From Chiloscyllium plagiosum (lineage: Eukaryota): a DNA stretch of 37,170 bases. Positions 1-11,174 of the stretch are shown here, one piece after another. The stretch's first letter is position 1; the number at the start of each line of letters is the position of its first letter. The stretch covers positions 8,235,902-8,273,071 of the forward strand of contig NC_057757.1 in NCBI RefSeq assembly GCF_004010195.1, given 5' to 3'. The translations under genes and the position numbers were made by a program. Below the pieces are notes generated by a model that ran no database searches, was not told the origin of the DNA, and saw only the letters and a program-made list of their open reading frames with translations.

Positions 1-262
1 ATTGTCTTGCCACTTTCAGGGAGCTATGGAATTGCACCCCAAGATCCTCTGTACATCAATGATTCCAATTTTCCTGCTATTTACTGTATACTTTCATCTT
101 GCCAATTTTGATCTGCCAAAATGCATCACTTCACACTAGTCTGGATAAAACCCCATCTGCCATTTCACCAATCAACTTTCAACTGACCTCTGGCCTGCTG
201 AACTTTCCACAACCTTACTCACTGTCTGCTTCTCCGCCGATTTCTGTGTCATTTACGAACTT
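1..262 (-). mobile_element. CR1-type LINE fragment (RT 3' region)
   Basis: Typical CR1 minus-strand text (gccactttcagggagctatgga...ccaaaatgcatcacttcacac...ccatctgcca). Counterpart of 19496-19757. Confidence 0.75.
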
Positions 263-269
263 GATGGCA

Positions 270-570
270 TAAACATCTCATGAACTGCTGTAATATCAAA
301 GAGTAAGCAATGGTGCTGAACATGGTGCACTCATTAATAATGAACATTCTCACTTATGAACTTATAATGGATGGAAGGCCATTGATGTAACAGCTGGAGA
401 TGATTGTTCCGAGGACACTGCCAGGTGAAATTCCTATGGAGATGTACTGGAGCTGAGATGACTAGCCTCTAGCTATCATACATATCTTCATATGTGCCAG
501 ACATGCTTCCAACCAGCAGAGAATGTTCCCCTGATTCCCATTGACTCCAGTTATGTTCAGGCTCCTCGAT
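270..570 (-). mobile_element. L2/CR1-superclade LINE RT fragment
   Basis: Degenerate RT core (GVPQGSVLGP- and FADD-like segments on the minus strand). It is the continuation of the element whose 3' part is seen at 17718-18870. Confidence 0.65.
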
Positions 571-1767
571 AGTTCATGATCATGGTAATAAGGAAATTGA
601 TACTTTCAGTAAGGAGTAAGCTTTGTAGGGGACTACTTAACCAGGGAACAGTACTGTGACACTGGCCTTTTCCAACATTTATGAATGAATCGATAAGTAA
701 TGATCACTGAGATGGCATCAGAGATACATTCAAGAGAACCAATCCAGGACTGATTGTCATATATTCCCAACAGCTGCCTTGTCGGTCAATTAGAAAGTTG
801 CCTTCAGCCCATTAAATTAATAAAGTCTTTCTTGATCCAGATTGCAGTCCTGGGGTTTGACTAATTTCATCTATAAACAGAAAGAAAACATCACAGTTTG
901 ACCTGGTTCTGTGTCAAGGGCAAGTATTAGTAGGACAATATTTAGGGAGAGAGTAGACCCGATTCTGGAAAATGGCATCGTATGGTCCAGTTTATGATTT
1001 ATCAACAGGCAGAAAGCCCTCTCAAACTGGGTAAGAAAGGATTGGGACTGAATAAATTGGAGTCAAAGTTTGACAGGGTTAACTCACTGGGTTAACATCA
1101 AAGAAAGGATGTTTCATTATTTACAAAGACATACTATCACCAAAGGGAAAAGTCAACAAACAAATCCACGAGGTAGAAATTAAGGCAAGTTCTTCTCATG
1201 ATAGAGTACGGATAGAAAATAGACCAGAGATCCAGGCTGAATAGAACAGTTTCAGAGGACAGCTGGAAAAGCCAATATGAGAAACAGAGGGATTATGAGA
1301 AGAAACTGGCAGTGAAGATAGAAATTAATTACAAAGGCTTCTGTAGATATATGATTGGCAAATGTGTAGTAAAGGGAAGACTGAAGATGAGTGCGGAATA
1401 TAAAATGCATTTGTGTATGTGGGGGCATCATTCGGTTATTTAATGAACACTTTATAATGATCTTCACTGAGCAGGTGACAAAGTAATTCAGTAACTTGAG
1501 GTGTTTGAAATTCATGATGAGATATTGGATAGGCTAATCAAACTGACAGGTAATAAGTAAATTGATACCTTTCAGTGAGGTGTAAGCTTTGTAGGGGTCT
1601 ACTTCCTCGGGGATCTATACTGTGGTGCTGGCCTTTGCCGACATTGGCCAATTTATCAATAAATAATAAATACTGAGAAGGCATCTGAATACATTCAGGA
1701 GAACCGATCCAGGACTGACTGTCATCAGTATTCATGTGGAAAACGAGAGAAACTGGAACAGTTCTAA

Positions 1768-2150
1768 GTTGTAAGTTTGCTCACTGAGCTGGGAGGTTTG
1801 TTTTCAGCAATTTCGACACCATCAGTGCAACATCACCAGTGAGCCTCTGATGAGGTACTGGTGTTATGTCCCACTTTCTATTTATGTGTCTTGGTTTCTT
1901 GAGGCGGGCGATATAATTTCCAGTTCTTTTTCTCAAAGGCTGGGAAATGAGGTCCAAATCGATGTGTTTATCGATGAAGTTCCGTTTGAATGTCAGGCCT
2001 CTAGGAATTCTCATGCGTGTCTCTGTTTAGATATTCTCGGATCGATGTATTGTCCCAGTGAAATCAACGTCCATCTTCATCTGTATGGAAGGATACTAGT
2101 GATAGTGGGTCACTTCTTTTGGTAGTTAGTTGGTGTTCGTGTGGCTAGTT
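1768..2150 (-). mobile_element. Penelope-like element 3' fragment: GIY-YIG endonuclease C-terminus plus 3' UTR
   Basis: Minus-strand peptides across the three copies (LATRIHEHQL..KRSDPLSLVSFH.DEDGH; NFIDKHIDLDLISQPLRKRT) fit a PLE GIY-YIG domain. A decayed hammerhead-like motif lies in the UTR. Confidence 0.8.
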
Positions 2151-2589
2151 CAGCCCTCCCTCTGACACTGATCTTTTTCTGGGTGGGGCCGGCCGTCAGC
2201 ATTTTAGCTTCAGGCCCAGCCCCTACCCCTCCCCACCCCGTGTAAGATGGCGTTAATGGCCGCCCTCTCCCCAGGTGTCCATTAGCAGCTACTTCAGAAG
2301 AAAAACTCTTTAAAGAGAAAAAAACAAAACACAAAATGTGCCGACTCTGTGTGTCACCAAACACAATAATATGTATCAGAATGAAAAATCCTCCCACAGT
2401 CAGAGAGGTGAAAGTGATGAAGAAACTGTGTCAAGTCCCAAAGCACATTCTTCCGAAGCACGGCCGACCCCATACTCCAAACATTGTCTCTGCTTTATCT
2501 CTAGCTCGGCAAATGCTGCCAGACCTGAGTCACAATGAAAAGGTACTCTTGGGGTGAGTCCTCATTCAGAATTCTCATCCAGTTCAGTG

Positions 2590-2890
2590 GCGGACAGGGT
2601 ACAATATGGTAAAGTGTGTGAATTTATGTACTGGGATTAGAAGGAGAGAGGTGCAGACTGTTTTCTGAATGAGGAAAAGTTTCAGAAATCTGAAGCAGAA
2701 AGGGGCTTGTTAGCCCGTGTTCAGGATTTTTTTCAGGTTAAAATGCAACTTCAGTTGGCAGTGAGGAAGGTAAATGGAACGTTATGTTTGTTTGAGAAAG
2801 TTAGGATACCACAGCAGAAATATACTGCTCAGGCTGTATAAGGAATTTGGAATACTTTGAGCAGTTTTGGGTCCCATATAGAAGGATAGA
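2590..2890 (+). mobile_element. CR1-type LINE fragment
   Basis: CR1 ORF2 C-terminal-like text (aggaaggtaaatggaacgtt...gctgtataagg...tggaatac...gcagttttggg). Confidence 0.7.
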
Positions 2891-2891
2891 T

Positions 2892-3620
2892 TGTTTTAAT
2901 TTAAAAATATACTTTATTCATGAAGAAGTATACATGCATCCATAGTTACTAAAGAATGTTGGTTCTACACAATAGCATATAAAGAAAATAAAGCAAATAT
3001 TGGAGTTGGACACAATGCAATAAACAAAGCTAAGGCATCTGTTACTTGTGTAAAATGATATTTATATATTTGAACTACCAAAAGGTTCTGATAACAGAAC
3101 AAACACACATTTAACGTTGACAGAAAGACCTCAGATAGTGGTTTTTCCCCACTGTGTCTTGGCAGCAGCTGTCCCATGCTTTAGTGCGTCCCTCAGCACA
3201 TATGCCTGTCTGAAATGTCCCAGTCTACAGATCTTGGTCAGGATCAATGCCTTCCTCTGGAAAACCAATGTGTTTTAGGAAAACTAGAGAGTGTTGTTCA
3301 CCGAGTTGATGGACTTCCAGGCGCAGTCAATGTTTGTCTTGGTGGGCATCTATGGGAACAGACTGAAGAAAACAGCGTCCTGCATCACGGAACTGCTCGG
3401 GATGAAACTTAACAAAAAACTCTTTCTCTCGACTTTTCTTTGCACAGACACATTCCAGCAGAAGATGTGCGATAGTCTCCTTTTCCCCCAACCACTATCA
3501 TCAAACACTTCAGCCATTTTGAGGGCAGCGTCTTTTGTTGGACACAGTCCTGCTATTCAGGAAGTAACTCACAGGTAATGTCCTTCTCATCACCAGCCAA
3601 GCGATGTCTTGGTGCTTGTT
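2892..3620 (-). mobile_element. Tx1-type LINE, 5'-truncated, ORF2 C-terminus plus 3' UTR
   Basis: Minus strand reads NKHQDIAWLVMRRTLPV, a Cys/His zinc-finger-like region and an ORF end, then ATGAATAAAGTATATTTT plus an A-rich tail. Confidence 0.75.
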
Positions 3621-4888
3621 CGGGCACGTGCAGAATCTTGGAAGGAGATCAAGCCAACATGAGGCAGAAGATGGGTGTTTAGGTGGACTACTCCCTCTGC
3701 ATTGTAGATAAGAAGCTGGCCATCAGGTGCAATCTCTCGTACGCGGTGTAAGTCCGCACCATTCCGAGAATCTACGCTGTAGCAGTCACTCCAGCCATCT
3801 TCCACTTCATCTGGAGGTCTAAGATGAGCCACATCCACAGGGAGACCAAGTAGAAAGCTCTGGATAATGAGTGGGTTAATGAATGTACCCAAGCAGTCCA
3901 CGTCCTAATGGCTATCTTTGTGTGTGCTTGCATCAAGCTGCGGGTAGACTCTTTGCACACAAACACCAAGTGTCACTATGTGCTGAGATTCAGCCTGTCC
4001 TTGGTGTTCCTGCGACCTGTTGTGCTTTTCCAGCAACACATTTTCAGCTCTGTCCTTGGTGTTGCCAAGAATGGGACTTGCCTCATTGCCATGAAACACC
4101 CCAAGTCGTGGAAAATTCCATATCACCTGTTCTTCATGGAGAAATTTGGAAAGATAAAAAGTTCCTCAGGGAGTGATCTGCACATAGCATCCTTGAGACT
4201 CTGCAGGAAAAGGAGACTGTCAAAGCCATTTGGCACAATACCTCACACCAGAATTTTCCAACAATCTGAAGGTGAGAAAGGCATTAGCTGTGAGATCCTT
4301 CTTGTATTTCCAGACTGTGTGCACCACCGCACGCTACCCTCAAAGCGGCTGTGGGGGTACTAGAGACTTTCACACATCTCCTTCTGAAAATATGCTTTAA
4401 AGGAAGTGTGGAGAAAAAATGCAGTGGTTTTTGTCGAGGGATCCTGACTGCTCCATCACACAGAACTCTGTGCTCTCTGGTGTGTTCCCGGAATGCAGAG
4501 ACAAACATTGACCGTGTCTGGATGACCATCAATTTGTTAGAAGATACTAGTTGATCTGCCTGGAATTCATTGGACTTCCACAGCAAGGTATTGATCCTTC
4601 CCAACAGTTGCAGACTGGCATGTTCCAAGGTCCAGAACTATGTGCTGAGGGGAAAGAACACTGTCGGAGATCTTCCTCCTGAGGTTAAATGGGACTGTTC
4701 AGTTATTGGATCCTTCCAGTGCCTCCTCTATATGTTAACATAATCTTGTAAGAAATGCCTTTGGTTTGATTGGTGGATAGAGTCAAACTCTAATCTTTGT
4801 TTTCTTCAATGTGCTACCGTACAGAACTGAACTGTTTGAGTGACTATGTATGGATACAAAGATATTTAATGAAGAAAGGATATTATTT
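3621..4888 (+). mobile_element. Tx1-type LINE, 5'-truncated, ORF2 C-terminal part plus 3' UTR
   Basis: Frameshifted peptides IFHFIWRSKM, MAIFVCACIKL..NTKCHYVLRF, SWKIPYHLFFMEKF, ETFTHLLL.C, AETNIDRVW.TIN. Confidence 0.8.
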
Positions 4889-5145
4889 GGGATGGCACTG
4901 TAGCTCATTGGCTAGCACTGCTGCCTCACAGTGTGAAGGAAACAGATTTGATTCCCACCTTGAGCGACTGTCTGTGTAGAGTTTGCACATTTCCCCCCTG
5001 CCTACAGTGTTTCCTCTGGGTGCTTCTCCCACAACCTAAAGATGTGCAGGTAAGGTGAATTCGCCATGCCACATTGCCCATAGTGCGAAGTGCACTAGTC
5101 AGTGGTAAATGTCGGGCAATGGGTCTGGGTATGTACTCTTCGGAG
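4889..5145 (+). mobile_element. HE1-like tRNA-derived V-SINE
   Basis: Head ggcactgtagctcattggctagcactgctgcctcacag and V-domain ctgtgtagagtttgcacattt...aaagatgtgcaggtaaggtgaatt. Confidence 0.85.
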
Positions 5146-5238
5146 GTGAAAATGTGTTGCTGGAAAAGCGTAGCAGGTCAGGCAGCATCCAGGGAACAGG
5201 AGAATGGACGTTTCGGGCATAAACCCTTCTTCAGGAAA
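5146..5238 (-). mobile_element. Short Penelope-derived terminal repeat with a hammerhead-like motif
   Basis: Minus strand CCTGAAGAAGGGTTTATGCCCGAAACGTC followed by gatgctgcctgacctgct. Related copies occur at 14944-15088 and 32182-32313. Confidence 0.7.
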
Positions 5239-6129
5239 TGTTCTTTGGAGGCTCTAATCTATATCTTTATTTTAAAATATAAAAAGCATTGAGCTGAAGG
5301 AGGTGGTGAACAAGTCGTGTCAACCGCAGGCTCAGAATGATCTTTCTGAGTAAAGTTCCTATCACTGGACCCAATGAGATAGGCGCACTGTCAGGATTTC
5401 AAACCTTCACTTTCCAATTGTAAATATTGTCTAACTTATACAGTGTGATTGCCAAGTATCACTTTCAATCTGATGTAAACAAAATATTTGTTAAACAACT
5501 GTAAATAATATAACTTTCAGTTAACCTGATTTGACTTCCTGGAGGTTTGATATGGGAATGGAAATTGGATTTTGTTGTCATGTATATCCAAGTATATGAA
5601 TGCACCTGCACAGTGAAAAGTAAAAAATAAGATGTCTCAAAATTATAGGTTCACATCAATTGGTTTGGCTTTTCTCCCAGTCAGAATCTGTCCACTCTGC
5701 TGGAGAATGGGGAAACCGCTATCCAGTAACTGGAAGACCTTTGCTGTCCGATTCTTGAAACTGTTGATCTTCCTGCTGATTCATGGTTTAGCCCCAGTAT
5801 TGGAAGAGAGAAGGTGGAAGCCCTGCATTCAAAAAGAGAGACAGAAAGCAGAAAGAATAGCCCAGTCAGTTTAACATAACACAGGGAAACTGTTGGAAGG
5901 TATTATTAAACCAGATGTAGTAAGATACATTGATCAATTCAAGTTCATCTGGCAGAGTCAAAATCGTTTCGTGATTCTGCTAAATTTCTTTGAGGGTGGA
6001 ACATGTGTCATTGATAAAGGGGACTGTACTGAGCTTGTGTTTTTTTAAATAAGGTGAGAAGGCAAAGGTTATGGCAGGATGTCATAACCTTTGCCTTCTG
6101 AGGCTTTATGTTAGTTGTCCAATTTCCAT

Positions 6130-6830
6130 TTCTTTTTACTCGTTGGCACTTACTGCTACCTCTTCACCGTGGATGTGCAATCCCTTTGCATATCTGTCTC
6201 TCATCAGGATTTTCTGAAGGCTCTCTGATTCTTCCTCAAACAGAGACCTGAACAGTTCCCAACCACTACCATCCGTTTTTGCCAGTATGGTATAATTTGT
6301 AACATTTCTTTGTTAACTTGTCTCACTTTCTCCAAGTCCAATATGTGGTTCTGGCTACCTGTACGAGTCCCTGTTGTATCTATGTCTTTTTGGGGTAATA
6401 TGGAATGTTCTTTGGTCCAGTACCAGATGGGGATCCACCTCCAACACTGCCTCCAATATACTGGTGATGCAATTGATGCTATTACTGGTTATGCAAAAAT
6501 TAGAAGAGAGAAGATCAATTTGCTTCCAATTTCTAAACCTCTCTCATAGCCCTCTGATCCATTTCTGACATTCTTTCCTTGATCTCTGTTTCCATTTCTG
6601 ATAAAGGTTGTACACCAATATCCATTACACACCCATCGACTCCCACAGTTACCTTGAATACTCTTCCTCACATCCTGCTTACTGCAAGAAATCCATTCCA
6701 TTCTCCGTTACTGCATCTTTATCTGTGCTGATGATGTCATCTTTCACACCCCCTCCCCGTGTATCCAACATCACCTCCTTTATCCTCAACTGAGGATTCC
6801 CCTCGTCCACTCTGGTAAATATGGCCACCA
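6130..6830 (+). mobile_element. Penelope-like RT fragment (degenerate)
   Basis: YTNIHYTPIDSHSYLEYSSSHPAYCKKSIPFS matches the PLE RT C-terminal/thumb motif. QYTGDAI resembles a decayed RYIDD. Confidence 0.75.
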
Positions 6831-6849
6831 CTCATATACTCAATGAATC

Positions 6850-7265
6850 AACAAAAGAGGCGATAATAGTTCAGTTGAGAACTTTAAAAAAAGGGGCAGC
6901 CACAGTTTATTGGCACTGACCAAATCCACTGAGGAAAATAGAACTGCAGGATATAAGGCATTTCTGAATGTTAAAACATTTGAGCAGGAGTGGCTGGGGA
7001 TTTCATCTCTCAAATATTGAGTGGGAAATGAACAGAGTGAATGGCTCTGAGAACACCAAATTCTAGTATCATATTTAACTAAGCGCATCAGCACAAAATA
7101 GCACAATGATACAGATAGCAAGTCCAGGTGTAATCTTCTGAAATGAAGCCAGGACTTTGGATGAATTGCCAGAGAAGGAGTATTTTTGAGTCAGTGACAT
7201 TAGTACAGTCAGAATTAGCACAAATATGGAACAAGAGAAAGACAACAAGGGTAGAGCTTTGGTGT
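6850..7265 (+). mobile_element. Old CR1 endonuclease-region fragment
   Basis: ggggatttcatctctcaaatattgagtggg resembles GDFNFPNIDW. Confidence 0.5.
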
Positions 7266-7279
7266 CTGCTGCAGGCAAG

Positions 7280-8152
7280 TAGAGTCATAAGGATGTACAG
7301 CCCGGAAACAAACCCTTCAGAGCAACTCATCCATGGTGACCACATATCCCAACCTAATCTAGTCCCACTTGCCAGCACCTGGCTTGTATCCCTCCAAACC
7401 CCTCCTACTCATATACCCACCCAATTGTACCAACCTCCACCACCTCCTCTAGCAGCTCATTCCAAACACATACCAAGCTCTGCGTGATAAAGTTGTCCCT
7501 TAAATCTCATTTATATCTTTCCACTCTCACTCTAAACCTAATCCCTCGATTTCTGGACTCCCCCAACTCGGGAAAATACCTTGTCTATTTACCCTATACA
7601 TCATGATTTTGTAAACATCTATAAGTTCACCCCTTAGCCCCTGATGCTCCAGGGAAACAGCCCCAGCCTTTTCAGCCTCTGCCTATAGCTCAAATCCTTT
7701 AACCCAGGCAACATTCTTACAAATCATTTCTGAAGCCTTTCAAGTTCCAATAGGGAAGAGATCAGAATTATACACAATATTGCAAAAGTAGCCTAACGAA
7801 TGTCCTTATTAGCCACAACATGTCCTCGCAATTCCTATACTCAATCCTCTGACCAATAAAGGAAAGTATACCAAAGGCCTTCTTCACTATACTATCGACC
7901 TGTGAGTCTACTTTCAAGGATCTATGAAGCTGCACTCTAAGGACTCTTTGTTCAGCATCACTCCCTAGAAACTTACCATTAAGTGTATAAGTCCTGCTAA
8001 TATTTGCTTTCCCACAGTTGCACTCACAGTTATCAATATTAAATTCCATCTGCCAATCCTCGGCCATTGGCCCATCTGATCAAGGTCATGTTATAACCTG
8101 AAGTCACCTTCTTTGCTGTACACTACACTTCCAATTTTGGTGTCGTCTGCAA
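7280..8152 (-). mobile_element. CR1/HER1-like LINE 3' fragment (truncated by deletion)
   Basis: tagagtcata tail; minus-strand peptide WQMEFNIDNCE...KKAFGILSFIGQRIEYR...RTFVR. Confidence 0.9.
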
Positions 8153-8233
8153 GTTCGAGTCCCTTGCATTGCAAATAATAAAGGCGCAGTGTGTAACAAG
8201 AATACTATTGTCTGACCAAACGTTTCATCAACA
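8151..8233 (+). mobile_element. 3' remnant of solo LTR
   Basis: Matches 34379-34461, contains AATAAA and ends CAACA. Confidence 0.55.
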
Positions 8234-8244
8234 ATAGCATTATC

Positions 8245-8890
8245 GAGTCATTGAGCTTCCAGCATGGAAACAGGAACTTTGGTCCAACTCGTTCACACTG
8301 ACCACATATCCTAAATTAATCTAATCCCATTTGCCTTTGGTTGGCCCATATCCCTCCTATTCATATACCAATCCAGATGCCTTTTAAATATTGTAATTGT
8401 ACTCGCCTCCATAGCATACTCTGGCAGCTCATTCTATGCATGTACCACCGTCTGAGTGAAAAAAAAGTCATTATGTCCCTTCTAAAATTTTTCTTTCTCA
8501 CCTTAAACCTATGCAATCTAGTTTTGGATGGTGCTATCCTGAAAAAGAAATACACACACAGCTTGGCAATTAACCCTATCTATGTCACTCATCACCTTTC
8601 AAACTTTGATGAGGTCACCCCTCAGCCTCTGACACTCCAGTGAAAACGGCCACAGCCTTTTCAGCCTCTCCTTCGAGCTCAAACCCTCCAACCCTGGCAA
8701 AAAAACGTGTACTTCCTTTCTGCACCCTTTCAAGTTTAACAACATCCTTCCTATAGCAGGTAGGTCAGAATTGAACATGGCATTCCAAATGTGACCGAAC
8801 CAATGTGCGAGACAGCCGAAACATGACCACGCAACTGCTATACACAATGCACTATCCAGTACAGGCAAGCTTACTAAACACCTTCTTCGG
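8245..8890 (-). mobile_element. CR1/HER1-like LINE 3' fragment
   Basis: LPGLEGLS.KERLKRL..FSLE.QRLRGDLI.V on the minus strand; gagtcat tail. Confidence 0.9.
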
Positions 8891-8899
8891 TCATCCTGC

Positions 8900-9093
8900 T
8901 GTAGTCCGAGTGGACCCAGAGGTGCTCTCTTATTACTGAGACACAACCATTGTGAGTTTAATCTGAGGGTGACCGTGCCACAGGAGAAGGACAAGGTTGA
9001 GAAGGTGGGGCTTTCCTGTGATCTCAGACAGTGTGTGAATTGAACCTGTGCTGTTGGTGTCACTCAACATCACAAACCAGCCATTCAGCCAAC
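8900..9093 (-). mobile_element. tRNA-derived SINE
   Basis: Minus strand GTTGGCTGAATGGCTGGTTTGTGATG...GGTTCAATTC (A/B-box-like head). Confidence 0.65.
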
Positions 9094-9104
9094 ACTGCTG
9101 AAGG

Positions 9105-9220
9105 AGTTCAGTTAGTACAGTTGGCTGGAAGGATGGTGTGAGATGTAGAGAGGTGAGGTGATCCTTAGGTTAAACTCAACATTAGCTTTCTTTGTCCATG
9201 AGGGAAAAGCCCTCTGGAAC
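9105..9220 (+). mobile_element. tRNA-derived SINE, same family, internally deleted
   Basis: ttagtacagttggctggaaggatggt head and gtgatccttaggttaaactca body match the reverse complement of 8900-9093. Confidence 0.5.
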
Positions 9221-11174
9221 AAGGGGAATTCCTTCCATGTCCCTTTGTCAAAATCTTGGAAAATCGCTCGCCCCTGCTCTCCTTCACACCAGCTGCCAAT
9301 TGTTTGTCCAGCATTAGCAGTGCAGTGGTACAAGAAAGTAGCTGCCACAACATTATCAAGGAAAATAAATTGTGGCTCAACCATCGAAGGCCAAGTCGAT
9401 TTAATTGAATAAACACATCTGAACAAAGCATTTTGACAGCGAAGATTATCCCCGCTGCATTGTGTGGAGGTGTGTGTTGAACGGAAAAGGTTGTTCCCAC
9501 TGCTGCAAGGGAATTCAGCAGATTGTTGAATGGTCACTTGGACCACATTTTAACTATGATGACATTCATTGAGCACAGAACAGTGCTGGCTCAATTTTCT
9601 TTGAGAAGTTTTTGAACTGGAACGTTTTTTCAGACTGCACTGTCAGGAGTCCACATAGCAGATTATAAAATCACTGCCGCTGAAAGTTAGAAAAAGTTTG
9701 TGTAATCCTGAAAAATAGTCGATATTTGGTCAGTCCTTGTCTCAGATTTACTTGTAAGCATCGTGATCCAAAACTGTTCCGTGTTTATATTTGAAAGGAA
9801 TAAAATATAGTCCCCTTGCCAACAGCGCTGGAAATTTGTTGCCGTTATTGCAACGAGAGAGTGTTCTGTAACCAGAATTGAAGCTGTAATTGTATGAGAG
9901 CATTGTTATCTCTGATGTTGTTGTGACATAACACAAGTATCAGGACAACACAGTAACTTCTAGAGTAAGCAGTTTCACATTCAAACCGGCAAGGAGTGAT
10001 GACTGTTAGTATAAGGGCATGATATCACGAGCATACTCAAGATATTGTGTGAGAGAAGAGTTTCTGTCCCCTGTCATCTGGGGACAGGCTTACTGTCAAT
10101 ACTTCAATACCTCATTTTCCAGTTGTAAATGTTGTCTTACTGAATTATCCAATGTTGCCAACTAATGTTTTCAATGTGATATACACAAAATAAACCATAC
10201 CTGAGTGGATTTGTAAAATGACTGTAAATAATGTAACTGTTTAGTCAACCTAATTGATTCCATAGAAGTTTGCTTTAAGACTGACAAACAGAATTAGGTT
10301 TTATATGCATATGTCCTCAAGTGTAAGAATACATGAGGACAGTATAAAGATACAGAATTACCATTCTCTGCTGCATTGTGGTATCAAAACCAAGATATCT
10401 GCAATAGTATAGATTCAATTCTAATGCTTTGGCCACACACCAGTCAGAATGTTTCAGTTCCTAAAGAATGCATCTGCTCTAATGGAGAATGGGAAGCCAC
10501 TATCCAGCGAGTGAAAGAGCTTTCCTATCAGATTCCTGAAACTGTTCCTTATTCTGGTAATTCATGATTCAGTCCCAGTGTTTTGGAAGACAGCCCTGCA
10601 TCCAAAAAAGGAGTATGAAATCTGGAAACATTAACCAATTAATTTAACACGTCACAGGGATTTCTTTGAGAATGTAACATAGGTCATTGACAAAGTGAAT
10701 GCAGAGAGCATAACTTTTCTTTAAATGAAGTGACACATCATTTAAAGGTCTCGACAGGAATTAAAAAGGTTCAAAGTGTGAGGGAAATGTTCTCTCCTCA
10801 GTCGAACTTCAGAAAACATTAGTTCACATCTCAATGTATTTCATCTGCAGGAGGCTGAGAGTTGATAATGTACAATGTGTGAGGTGCATTTTCATTTGCA
10901 AAGCTGAGACAAATGATTCTGAAGCTGTCAGTCAGCCAGCCATTTGCTTATGGTATCCATTTCATGTTAGCACAGCACTGACATTGACTTTGTATACAGG
11001 GAAAGGCAAGAATGTTTGGGGGTTTGGGAATCCAAGTCAATGAATCATTGAGTCACTCAGTGCCATATCCATTCTGACCGTTTTACCCTAGAAATCTCCA
11101 TTTACTCTGTCTCCCTTCAAATTCACAGCACATGTTATCAGTGTTCCAAGCTAACAAAAGTGGGCCACATATAA

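Larger units (their letters stand above)
1..10942 (+). repeat. Segmental duplication, copy A
   Basis: Collinear and highly similar to 19496-37170 (attgtcttgccactttcaggg at 1 and 19496; gtcagccagcca ending at 10942 and 37170). The ORF track shows near-identical pairs. Confidence 0.97.

Noticed and set aside
2340..2360. TGGTGAC on the minus strand as an LTR primer-binding site
   Set aside because: No adjacent LTR ending in CA.
3590..4628. ORFs of 100-150 aa as host genes
   Set aside because: Frameshifted Tx1 ORF2 or its antisense.
4889..4960. tRNA gene
   Set aside because: SINE head without a cloverleaf.
9112..9960. ORFs retained in both segmental copies as possible exons or a second GPCR relic
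   Set aside because: No TM or GPCR motifs. Retention is explained by recent duplication, and lengths differ between copies.
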